Shown piece after piece: positions 1 to 9,058 of a DNA stretch of 10,498 nt. The notes below the pieces were generated by a model, which was given only the letters and a program-made list of their open reading frames with translations, was not told the origin of the DNA and did not search any database. This DNA comes from Paraspadella gotoi (taxonomy: Eukaryota > Animalia > Chaetognatha), in the NCBI GenBank assembly GCA_051294375.1, contig JBJCIZ010001659.1:1-10498 (forward strand), read 5' to 3'. The number at the start of each line of letters is the position of its first letter. The stretch's first letter is position 1. The translations under genes and the position numbers were made by a program.

Positions 1-365
1 GCCGATTTTAAAAACGTACGAGGTTTTGTTCGAGATGTATTACACTCTCCGCGGTTCTCGAGTTCTACTAACTTCCTTCTTTTCTAATACTATTTCCGGC
101 CAGGGACTTTCCCTCAATAAACATTACCGTTGCGATATACGTCTTCTTCTTCAGATTGAATACTTAATAAAGTTACTATTTAACTTTTAACTTTTGGTAT
201 TTGGATTGAGTTAATACTAACTCGAGATTAAGCACTATTCAAACAATGTTCTCATCTGAAATAGAAACCCCCCCAAAGAATCTTTTCAGTTAATCATATA
301 TTCTACCCAGATATCTGTCGGAACTGTAACTTTTAAAAAAATCATTTCTTACTGATGTTCGTTCA

Positions 366-666
366 AAAACAAGTTTGAGCAAACAATGTCGGATATGCCC
401 ATGATCATTATCGGTATTTAATTAATTAATAATTAATTCAAGTTAATTAATTAAGCAATTAATTAATTTGATCCATCCAATTACGAGTAATTGGTGTTTT
501 TTACTAAGGTGGGACAGACGGACTTCATTTTTTTTGCTTAATTTATCATAATTCTATGTTCTGACATGTTATAAGTGAATGCCCGACAAGATTAAGGGGG
601 CGGACCGACGGACCGACAAAGTGAATTATAGAGTCAGGATCTGCTGATAAGCAGATCCGACTAAAA
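366..666 (-). mobile_element. Non-autonomous Helentron-associated element (HINE / DINE-1-like), apparently complete
   Basis: Read on the - strand: T-run, then subTIR GTCGGATCTGC (661-651) inside the palindrome AGTC(A)GGATCTGC-TGATAA-GCAGATCCGACT (632-662). Next is a short GTCG/GTCC microsatellite (601-617, cggaccgacggaccgac). At the other end is the matching subTIR GTCGGATATGC (388-398, 10/11 match), then a small stem-loop GTTTG-AG-CAAAC (373-384) and TTGTTTT. This order of parts is the established HINE/DINE-1 architecture. Confidence 0.72.
417..467. repeat. Degenerate (TTAA)n self-complementary tract inside the HINE
   Basis: tttaattaattaataattaattcaagttaattaattaagcaattaattaat. Confidence 0.8.
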
Positions 667-1423
667 TTCATTGACTTTCATTCATATTATTTTTTAATAA
701 ATTATTATTTAGGGACCGAGCTCAATCCAGTTGTCCAGCTATCCCTCCGGATGTCCAGTACAAGTCTTAAATGAATCAAATTTCTTTATGATTAGCTTTG
801 CTGTGGAGTACGAAATTTTAGTCAATACTTCACAAAAAAATCAACCATAAGCGGCTTGTTGTGGATATGTTTATTACTTGTATAATAATATATAATAAAA
901 CCTGCTCTCGTTTCTAATTTTTTTTAAATTTACAATCTCCAATACCTTACGCTATGCTTCATGAATTTAACACTCAAGGCTTGGAGAATGGAGATCAAGC
1001 GTATAATTTTTGTTTGTTTAAATTTTTTATTGACTGTGATCGTGAATTGAAAATGATAATGATCCATATAAAATACAAAACAAGATCATTGTAAAAAAAT
1101 AAGATTTTTCAACAATAAAAAAAATCATTTATGACAAATATAATTTTTCTGTTTGCAGTTTTTCGTTTTCATCCAACGGGAGCTTGACTGACTCGTCTGT
1201 TGCCTTTAAACCCAAAACGAGTTTATCGAACGTAAAAACATACCTGGAATTTGAAATTAAATTGTGAGATTTTGATATTTGCCTTCAAGCCAAAGCAAAG
1301 TAATAATTAATAATAATTTAACTGAAGTGGGTTCTGATATTAACCACATTTTAACCGACTTGATTAAATAATTATTCTTGAGTAAATAAAACCTTGAAGA
1401 GACAGTAATTATTGATAAGTGTT

Positions 1424-1427
<4 letters not shown>

Positions 1428-1459
<32 letters not shown>

Positions 1460-1479
1460 TGAGAGAGATTGAGGGAGAG
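1428..1479. repeat. (GA)n microsatellite starting a purine-rich tract that runs to ~1780
   Basis: Perfect GA repeat at 1428-1455, degenerate afterwards. Confidence 0.95.
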
Positions 1480-1784
1480 TTTCCAACAAAGGGCTGAGTA
1501 AAGGACCAGTGGCCAGATGAGAGGAAAGGTGAAGGTAAGAACAGAGAAGAAAGAAGATAATTTTGAAATGGTGAAAAGTGAAAGAGAGGGAGAGAGAAGG
1601 AAATAATTACATTCGACAATGTACAACAAAGAATAAAATTTGAAAACTTAAAATTAAGCTGAAGATTTTGAATTAATAACAAAAGTTAAATAAGTAGTAA
1701 TGAAAATTGAAATGGAGGAATAGGTGGTGAGGGATTAGATAAGAAAAGTTTAGTGAAATATATAAGAGAAGAAAGAGCTCAAAA

Positions 1785-2308
1785 ATGAGGCTGCACCCCC
1801 CGGGTGGACAAAGGTGGGACGTGACCGATGTGACTCGGACATTGGCTTGTCATAGACTGAGAATGATATTCTTGGAGAGTGGGAATATTCAATGGGGTCA
1901 GGTAACAGACCCGCCTGGGACAAATACCAAGTGCACTCTAATATCTCTTTGGGCCCTCCTCTCACCTGCCTGTTTCGGTGCAGGAGATACAGAACTCCTC
2001 TCCCTCCTCCTGCAGCCTTCGTTTTGGGGCGGCGCCTGGCGTTCAGAGGAGTTCAACGCCATAGTTGCCTACAGGGTTTCGGCGAGAGGTATCGGAGCGT
2101 CCATTGCCTGCCCGGGAGGCCTCTGCCTGACCCCGTTGAGTTCGGACAGGGAATCACCAATCTCTCTCCCACTCAACTCTCTCTGCTCTCATCTCTATCT
2201 TGCTTTCTCTATGCTCTCTTCTCTAACTTATGTGTAGAGCATTTTGTTAATGTTTTTCAAAGTCTGATGAAGACTCGAAAACCAACAGAGTCGAAACATG
2301 TACTATAA
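1785..2308 (+). CDS. Putative orphan mini-gene, frame uncertain (150 aa at 1785-2237, or the overlapping frame ending at 2308)
   Basis: GC-rich island with TATATAA at 1759-1765 and AAAAATG at 1785. An intron-like segment spans 1902-1983 (GTAACA...CTAAT...pyrimidine tract...TGCAG). The 1892-2308 frame ends just before AATAAA (2310). No family recognised. Confidence 0.27.
2160..2224. repeat. Degenerate (CT)n pyrimidine tract
   Basis: tctctctcccactcaactctctctgctctcatctctatc... Confidence 0.8.
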
Positions 2309-2456
2309 TAATAAAAAATCGTTTGTATTGGCACATCAATAAACGAATTTTTAATGAAATCTTATATTATTTTTGCGCACTTTTGAGCAATTTTTATCAC
2401 AAAAAAAATTCGTGAGATAATACGGTCTCTTTTTTTTTCTACCCATTTTCGTTCAG

Positions 2457-3127
2457 ATTCTTGGTAAAACTCAAACGCAGATAAAACCATGGGAAGCAGT
2501 TTTACCATCGCCGGGATTATGTTCATATTTTGTGGGATCTTTTGGCCATTTCCATGCTGATAGGTAAAACGTAGAGAGAGAGAGAGAGAGGAGAGAGAGA
2601 GATTCGTTATAACGGCTAGCGGATATCAACCAAGGGCCACTTGGCGGTTTGACCCCTAAAGACGGCCCCAAAACTGGTATTTATTTGAATTGATGACCAG
2701 TTAACATTTTAATTTGAAATATATATTATCGAATCATAATAAAATTTTTGTGGAAATATTAGTACTACCAACAATATGGCAATTTATGTTAATAAATAAA
2801 TTCAATAAAAACATAATAATAAAAAGGGACTATTCGTAAATCAAAAACTTGGGACTTTTTAAAAGCTCACCGCGCTACTTAGCCCGACAAGGGCGCGGGG
2901 CGTGGCGCCAAGCCTTCCAGAACCCCGTCCCTTCTCTCTCGTCGTCAGTCTTGACCAGATGTTCCATGTGTGCCTTTAATAACTTATTTGGTTGTTCTTT
3001 GTCAACTCCAGGCGTTTCTTACCACCGCTTACGTCCACCCGCCACGCCGATGCCGACGACTACTCCTGGCGGGAGCGCGACCAACGTTCCATACCTTGCG
3101 TTTCATGTCTCTCCGCCGCTACTTTGA
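2457..3127 (+). CDS. Putative spliced orphan gene fragment, exons 2457-2563 and 2866-3127
   Basis: Strong acceptor (ttttttttctacccattttcgttcAG|2457) leads into an open exon, ILGKTQTQIKPWEAVLPSPGLCSYFVGSFGHFHAD. It ends at AG|GTAAAA (phase 2). This phase matches the acceptor tttttaaaAG|2866, whose frame is open to TGA 3127. An alternative acceptor (tccAG, ending at 3011) opens the frame ending at 3176. Confidence 0.28.
2573..2602. repeat. (GA)n microsatellite
   Basis: agagagagagagagagaggagagagagaga. Confidence 0.95.
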
Positions 3128-3181
3128 TCTCCGCCACACGGACGCTGGGATTCCGCCGCAGAAGGTGATGGGGTAGAATGT

Positions 3182-3230
3182 TTGATTACAGATTGATGAC
3201 AGCGGATTGATGAAAGGGTTGATGACAGGG
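3182..3230. repeat. Short tandem repeat, 4 copies of TTGAT(G/T)A(C/A)AG, 11-14 bp period
   Basis: ttgattacaga ttgatgacagcgga ttgatgaaaggg ttgatgacaggg. Confidence 0.75.
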
Positions 3231-3717
3231 TGGCGTGTTTTTTTAAGAGGTGCGGGAGACGTCTGCTCGACGGAAAAGATCAGGACGAAAAATGACAGGA
3301 ACGCGGTTTAGATTTAAGACAACGTTTTTTTATATTTAATAACAGGTAGCGGTTATCAACAACAGCATTAAAATGACTGGAGTTGGAAGAATAACTTTTT
3401 AAAAAAATTCTGTTGAGCAAAGTTTTGATTTTTTACAATGATTAATATTCAAAAAACTTTGCCAATCTCTTTCAAACAACGAAAGTAAGGATTATACCCA
3501 TGCAATAAAATTTCTGTAGAATCTGACGATTAAAGTTTAAATGAGAAACGATAGTTATCCCTCTTAATAAATTATCTAAGGTAGATTCCTCCATAAATTT
3601 TTAAATTGGTCAGAACGTTTGTCTCTTTTTCCATATTTTTTGAACACTTTTAAAACTTTTTTTTTTGGCCCATTTTAAAAAGAATTAAGGGAGGGGGAAA
3701 TTATACCTTTTCTTTAG

Positions 3718-4090
3718 TTACCTCCAGGGTCTCGCGACGACATCGTTCCAGAATTTTTCTAGTTGCTACAATATGCAAATGTATATCTACAGTGACCCTC
3801 TCCATATCCCCCAGGGTCACTTCCTCAGAGGATTCACGGTGATTTCGTGTTTCACCGCTGCAGTGTCCATCTTCGGCGGGTCGTCGCGCCGCTCTCTTCG
3901 TAGTTCCAAGTTATTCTATCCCCTTAAGATCTTCAGCATCGATTATATCTTATCTGGTAATATCGATTTCAATTCGCCGCTCAATCAAAAAGTAAGATCC
4001 GCGCGTCATCAAGCTTCGGTTCTATTGGTCTGCGTCGGTCAAGCGGCCGGGGCTGTTGTACTGATGTTGCGTGTAGTTGTTTTTTTATGA
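3718..4090 (+). CDS. Putative orphan terminal exon / mini-gene (~124 codons)
   Basis: Acceptor ccttttctttAG|3718 sits at the AT-to-GC transition. The phase-2 frame is open through the listed 3773-4090 ORF (YLQGLATTSFQNFSSCYNMQMYIYSDPLHIPQGHF...VVVFL*). The - strand frames I translated over this island contain stops. Confidence 0.35.
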
Positions 4091-4243
4091 TGTTGCTGTT
4101 CGTTGGTTGTTGTGTAAAGTGTATTATCGATTGGATGTGAGATTTGGCTTACTATTTAGTGTTTACTACTACGCTTATGGAGTATCTTTTTATATATAAA
4201 AAACACAAATTTTTTTACGTATTCACAAGTATCAATACATTCC

Positions 4244-4292
4244 TTCTCTCTGTCTCTCTCTTCTCTCTCTCTCTCTCTCGTCTCTCGTCTCT
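4244..4292. repeat. (CT)n microsatellite
   Basis: cttctctctgtctctctcttctctctctctctctctcgtctctcgtctct. Confidence 0.92.
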
Positions 4293-4413
4293 CATTCTAT
4301 TTCATTTTTACTAAATCTTAGAACCTAATTCCTCACTCTAATAACATCTATAAACTTTAATGATCTAATCTAACTTCAAACCTAAAAAAATACTTAATAT
4401 AAATTTAACCAAA

Positions 4414-4704
4414 ATGGAGACCTTTTGTAAAACATTGCCTAGATTTTCACATTGCCAAAATAACAATTGAAGAACATTCATGGAAACATTATACCAATCC
4501 ATTGTTAGGGACGCCAGCTATGCACAGCTATTGCACGTCGGATTGATTAATCGGGACTGCTTGAGGGTCTTGATTGGAAAGCTTGTAGGGTCCTGCAATG
4601 TTATTAGTGAGCTGTAGGCTGCCCAAAAGTCATTTTGGCAAGATAGCTTATTTATTTGCATGAATGCGATCTATTTTAATAATTGTTGTACCGATTTCAA
4701 ATAA
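4414..4704 (+). pseudogene. Intronless 96-codon orphan frame with two internal stops (absent from the ORF track)
   Basis: TATAAA at 4349 and 4398, AAAATG at 4414. Translation: METFCKTLPRFSHCQNNN*RTFMETLYQSIVRDASYAQLLHVGLINRDCLRVLIGKLVGSCNVISEL*AAQKSFWQDSLFICMNAIYFNNCCTDFK*. Internal stops are TGA 4468 and TAG 4615. The final TAA overlaps AATAAA (4700-4705). Confidence 0.38.
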
Positions 4705-4819
4705 ACAACTTTAGTTTTTCTTTCTATTAACTCTATCAACACCCCCTCGTCCCTATCCCTCTATATCCAATTATTATCCTATCTCTATCTTCTCCTTACC
4801 CCTCTCACCCATAGACCCA

Positions 4820-4963
4820 ATGTATACATGGGCGTCTGTTCTCTTCGGTCCAGCTGCGGCGCTCAATTCCCGTCACTCCCATCCCTACCGACGGCTTTCG
4901 ATCCTGCTCTGCGGGCGCCCGTCTGCACTCATCTACACCTCCATAGGTAGACGCATAAGCTGA
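4820..4963 (+). CDS. Possible 47-aa orphan ORF filling a GC-rich island
   Basis: MYTWASVLFGPAAALNSRHSHPYRRLSILLCGRPSALIYTSIGRRIS*. ORF limits coincide with the island. It is preceded by a CT-rich tract and followed by ATTAAA. Confidence 0.2.
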   Translation: MYTWASVLFGPAAALNSRHSHPYRRLSILLCGRPSALIYTSIGRRIS

Positions 4964-5543
4964 TAAAATTAAAAATGTTGCACAGTATGTAGATATAATA
5001 GTATCATATTGATACGCTTTAAGCAGATAAGCGAGTGTATCCGACCAAAATTAAGACATTGGTAGGTTTAAGTGTTAAATACTCAGATTGTAATTAGTTT
5101 TTTCCCAAAATGTTTTTTATGAGGTTACCGATATATGTTCAATAGTATACAATGAAAATTAAAGATGTTTTTTAATTGCATTTCTGATAAAGTACTATAA
5201 AGTAAAATAAAGATACACAAGAATAATTACAATAATTATCAACAAAAATTGTACGTTCTTTAGTAAACATTAAGAAAATAACGCAATAAAATCTATGAAA
5301 ATAGATGATAACAGATAACTTTTTTTTTATAATTTTTTTAAAATTTTTCAAAACTATTCAACCCGTCTCTAAAAATTATCATTTTTTTTTACAAAAAATT
5401 AACCATTTTCTTAAAAATTCAGCCCTTCTTAAATTAAAAAAAATAATTACAAAAATAAATTACCAAACAAGTGTACTAGCTTTTTTAAAAAAATTGTTCT
5501 ATTATAAAAAGTTTTCTTCTAAACGTATAAATTATCCTTGAAG

Positions 5544-5739
5544 CGATTACTCTTCACCGACTGACCTCGGCTACCACCTACCGACATGGCGGGATGCGCT
5601 CCGTATTGTTGGACGGACGCTTTTTCAATCGATCATCATGATCGAGGAAATGATAACTATCCTTAATTCTCGATCGGAACGCCTTTGGAGGATTCGGAAA
5701 TGTTGTCGATGCCAGCGGGTGGTGGCGAAAAAAGAATGA
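5544..5739 (+). CDS. Putative orphan terminal exon without ATG (absent from the ORF track)
   Basis: After ttgaAG|5544 the phase-2 frame reads DYSSPTDLGYHLPTWRDALRIVGRTLFQSIIMIEEMITILNSRSERLWRIRKCCRCQRVVAKKE*. It has a helical-looking hydrophobic pattern and a CCxC motif, and spans the island. Confidence 0.33.
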
Positions 5740-6080
5740 GGTGCAGGAAGGTGGCGGTTGGGTTGTGGGGAGTAGTTAAGATACAAGGGTGGAAAGGGGA
5801 AAAAAGGAAGGGGACTGGTCCTTTTAGTACAATTAAACATTCTTTGAAACATTATACCACTACATTGATAAGGAAAAACTCGCACGTGAGAGGCGCCTTA
5901 TCTTGTAAGAGGGATGTTCGCCTTCAAGATGCGCTTATTTTATTAAATGAAATTAATAGTTTTGATACGTTATAGTTGTACCAATTTGTAGATCAGAGGG
6001 AGGGCAGAAAAAAAAGAGAAAGAGAACATTGAACGTTTATCCGACGTGGCCTTTAGGCAGATATGATATTTGATATTTAC

Positions 6081-6252
6081 GAGAGACATGAAGAGATAGA
6101 GAGACAGAGCAGGGATAATGAGAAAAGGGAAAGAGAGCAAAAGAGAGAGACACGTTGCTCTTCTGTTTCCCTACTGCGTCTTCTTTTCTTCTTCCATACC
6201 TCTCTCGTCTATCTCTTTCTCTCCTCTCTATATATTTCGTCTCTCTCTCTCT
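6081..6252. repeat. GA-rich tract abutting a CT-rich tract (imperfect foldback)
   Basis: Purine-rich at 6081-6150 and pyrimidine-rich at 6155-6252, with nested inverted matches. Confidence 0.6.
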
Positions 6253-6300
6253 TTATCCTAATATAAAACAAATAACATTCTTTTACAAAATAACTTTAAA

Positions 6301-6834
6301 ATGAGCCAATCAGCCGCTGTTTTTCACATCAATAAACATTCAACGACAATACAAACGAACAAAAATCCCCTCCCTTAGTTTCCCCCCGTCGTTTTGCGTC
6401 GTTTCGATCCCACCAGTTCGCCACACGGCAATGGAACCTTTTGTTGCGGCAGTTCCTTCCTGTGGATGATGCAGCTATCTTCTGCCTCAGTCGATTACTC
6501 AGAGGATGCTGTGCTCTCAAAAAAACACTTAGTAAAAGCCATTTACCACGGTGAGGACCGAAAAAAGCTATTCATGATTTTAAAAATTACCAAAGCAAGT
6601 TTTTTTTTTTTTGGTTAATTTATTAGCTTCTTAAACATATCATTTTCAGGGGTGAACCCTTTCTATTATTTTTAATAACTCGATATTGGTTCAATTATCA
6701 TCTTATTAGGTAATGCCTTTTGTTTCAAAGCGAGATCCTGCGCAGCTTTCAAGCACCCAGACTTCTTAATATTTTACTCTTAATCGTTCTGAATTTACAG
6801 TTTCAAGTCGGACATATTGCCAGACCATTGTTAA
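6301..6834 (+). pseudogene. Putative three-exon orphan gene (6301-6550, 6650-6709, 6801-6834) with a frameshift near the 5' end
   Basis: TATAAAA at 6262 and AAAATG at 6301. Introns 6551-6649 (GTGAGG...ttttCAG) and 6710-6800 (GTAATG...tttaCAG) are both phase 2 and keep the frame open: ...SPRRFASFRSHQFATRQWNLLLRQFLPVDDAAIFCLSRLLRGCCALKKTLSKSHLPR|GEPFLLFLITRYWFNYHLIS|FKSDILPDHC*. The ATG is in a different frame from the body. Confidence 0.35.
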
Positions 6835-6872
6835 CCCCAAACCATTAATTCTAAATTTTATTAACGATAATT

Positions 6873-6966
6873 CCCTAAACCTAATCCCTAAACTAGTAAT
6901 CCTTAACCGAATCCTTAACCTGAATCCATTAACTGAAAACCTTAACCTTAACCTCTAAACCCTAAT
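6873..6966. repeat. Degenerate telomere-like (CCCTAA/CCTTAA) interstitial array
   Basis: ccctaaacctaat ccctaaactagtaat ccttaaccgaat ccttaacctgaat ccattaactgaaaa ccttaa ccttaa cctctaaa ccctaa. Confidence 0.8.
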
Positions 6967-7031
6967 TCCGAAATTAGTTTAAATCGGTCATTTTAGGAAA
7001 ATTAACTCCTTTTTAATTAACTCAGACGGCA

Positions 7032-7220
7032 ATGGCAGCACCCCTCTACGTTTTCCTCATGTACGACAGCGATGCTTTGCGGTCTCGTTCTTTTGCGTCT
7101 GCCTTCGTTTTCTGCGAATTCAATCAAGACCGGTTCGTCTCTCCAACCCAGAACCAACTACTCCCGTTTTTGGTGCGAGGTCTTTCCGGCCAGCGTCCCC
7201 GTCTGACTGGTGAGAATTGA
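7032..7220 (+). CDS. Putative 62-aa orphan mini-gene / exon
   Basis: The ORF fills the GC island. Acceptor-like tttttaattaactcAG|7026, start context GCAATGG, AATAAA at 7235-7240. Confidence 0.3.
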   Translation: MAAPLYVFLMYDSDALRSRSFASAFVFCEFNQDRFVSPTQNQLLPFLVRGLSGQRPRLTGEN

Positions 7221-7308
7221 ACTCGTTTGTAAATAATAAATAATATAAAAAGTTTCTAGTTGTTTTTAATAACGGTTGGTTTAATTTCTTTTTAATATTC
7301 ATTCTGCC

Positions 7309-7542
7309 ATGCTTTCCCCACCTCCCTTCTACACTAGGCGTATTCGTAGCGGCGGTGTTTTTCCTCAAGTCTATCTCAATCTCTTGGGGATCAACGCCAC
7401 TGGCCGCCGTCATGTGGGGAGAACGGTTTTATTGCCCACTGTTCGGTTTTTGTCGGGAGAAGGTCGACCGACTTGGGCGATGAAGGTGGATTTAAGGGGG
7501 AAATGGGGCGGTGGAGAATTAAAAATGAGAAATGGGAAATAA
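7309..7542 (+). CDS. Putative 77-aa orphan mini-gene
   Basis: TATAAAA at 7244 and start context GCCATG. The ORF fills the GC island and its stop overlaps AATAAA (7538-7543). Confidence 0.33.
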   Translation: MLSPPPFYTRRIRSGGVFPQVYLNLLGINATGRRHVGRTVLLPTVRFLSGEGRPTWAMKVDLRGKWGGGELKMRNGK

Positions 7543-8095
7543 AAAATAATAAAATTAAAAGAGAATGATTGAAGAAAGTTTAAAATAGGAAAATAAAAAG
7601 GAAAAAGGGAGAAAATTTTAGGAAGATCATGAACAGAAAATATGGATAGGAAACTAGTAAATTTTATGATTTAAAGAAAAAATAATAGAAAATAAACAAA
7701 ATATAAAAAAACTCTGCTATTTTTTCCCTTTTCTTTTACATTATAATTTTTTTCCATTTACCTGTTCCCTCAATTTTTTTCCTTTTCGTCCCATCAAAAT
7801 ATTAACTAAAACTTCTTTTACTATTTCTACTTAAAAATTTTTTTAGTCTTTATATAACATAGTATTATAAACAGCTAATAAAAAATAAGTAACAAGGTTA
7901 AAAATATAAAAAATGTTCCATACTCAGTATATATCTCTTGTATTATGAACATTTGTATAACACATAAATTTTTAACTTTTTAATTTCGTACAAGATTTTC
8001 CAAATAATATTAATGGCTTTAATATGAATCTTATAATATTATCAATACCTCAAAAAACCGGCTTTCACAATTTTATCACATTTACACTCTAACAG

Positions 8096-8902
8096 CTCAT
8101 TTCCATCGCCACTCGCGGTCCATCGTCATTGGTGTTGGCTCCTTTTTTCGTCGACGCATCTGGCGCTAAACTCATTTTTTACTCTCGCAGACCAATGTAT
8201 TCCAGGCGGTATCGTATTAAAAGGCGGGTCGCTTTATTATCCATTTTTTTTGGCTGCGCATACTTTAATGAAATTCATCACCGTGCAAAGGGGTCGTCGC
8301 TGGTTAATATAAACGAGAATGGGAACATAAGATTTAAGAAATTTAAACTTCCATAGCTTAAAAAAAACTTATGGACTAGGTTTTTTTGCATAAAAATTTT
8401 ATTATCAGTTAAATTCAAAGTTTTAAATAATTTTATACTTCCAAAAAAAATATTAATTTTACTCTCTATCAATTTACAGGTCGTAGACTTGGCGGGCCTG
8501 CTCACACTGCAAAGTAGATTAAAACATCCTTTTGATATTGAATAATTAGAATATTAAAAATTATATAAAATATTATTATTTGGTTTTAAAAAAAAAAACG
8601 ACTTATTTCACCCAATACCAAATTCATTAAACAGGCTGGGCGATCTCCTTTAAGCCCTCAGGTATGTGGGTTCCGTAATCGGGTTCCGCATCATCTACCC
8701 TCCACCCAACCGTCCGACCGATTTGCCCACTCCTTCGTCGACGACGCACATCTGCAACCGCCACCTCGCGGCGGTCGACACGCCCCCTATTTTCTATCGC
8801 CAACTTTTAACAAGCAATTGCGAGGAAAAATCTCTTGCCAATTGGAGGCCTCGTTTGAGAATTACTCCGCGGTATCTGATTCTTAGCGGAAATAAAGACT
8901 AA
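8096..8902 (+). CDS. Putative orphan exon cluster (8096 to 8302 or 8356; micro-exon 8480-8513; 8635 to 8661 or 8902), structure ambiguous
   Basis: Acceptors ctctaacAG|8096, aatttacAG|8480 and ttaaacAG|8635 each mark an AT-to-GC transition. Donors at 8303, 8514 and 8662 (GTATGT) give an open spliced frame, ...HHRAKGSSL|VVDLAGLLTLQS|WAISFKPS. Alternatively, 8635 in phase 2 reads LGDLL*ALRYVGSVIGFRIIY... to 8902. Confidence 0.25.
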
Positions 8903-8940
8903 AGAGGTTGTAGCCCACCGCGCCATTCCACACACTTGGC

Positions 8941-9058
8941 TTGCGTCAGCCGCCGTACTCACCCGCCCTCCCCACTCCGCCACCCCCTTAATTCGTGCAC
9001 GACACCCACCCCACTCCCGCCCCCCCGCCACCCCCCCCCGCCCCAGTATTTATTTAAA
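8941..9058 (+). promoter_or_regulatory. C-rich GC-box cluster with upstream TTGCGTCA and downstream TATTTAAA; G-quadruplex potential on the - strand
   Basis: Multiple CCCGCC/CCCAC motifs and more than 8 runs of 3 or more C at 8962-9044. CRE-like TTGCGTCA at 8941-8948 and TATTTAAA at 9051-9058. Function is inferred. Confidence 0.3.

Noticed and set aside
57-226. Inverted match CTCGAGTTCTACTAACT (57-73) / AGTTAATACTAACTCGAG (209-226) as MITE ends
   Set aside because: Short and imperfect, does not extend, and has no target-site duplication.
1372-1682. Minus-strand ORFs of 85 and 86 aa
   Set aside because: Ser/Leu-rich translations of the GA microsatellite and purine tract.
4975-5162. Tiny spliced gene AAAAATG TTG CAC A|GTATGT...CAG|
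   Set aside because: The frame stays open across a 42-bp intron but gives under 30 aa in AT-rich DNA, which is indistinguishable from chance.
5305-5541. 78-aa ORF rich in K/F/I/N
   Set aside because: Translation of A/T homopolymer spacer, although it is in frame with the 5544-5739 segment.
6063-6266. 67-aa ORF (RE-rich then SL-rich)
   Set aside because: Product of the GA and CT tracts.
5625-9031. Minus-strand ORFs 5625-5885, 6329-6520, 7120-7413, 8278-8505 and 8807-9031
   Set aside because: Antisense shadows, or they span AT-rich or G-run spacers. Splice, start and polyA signals favour the + strand.
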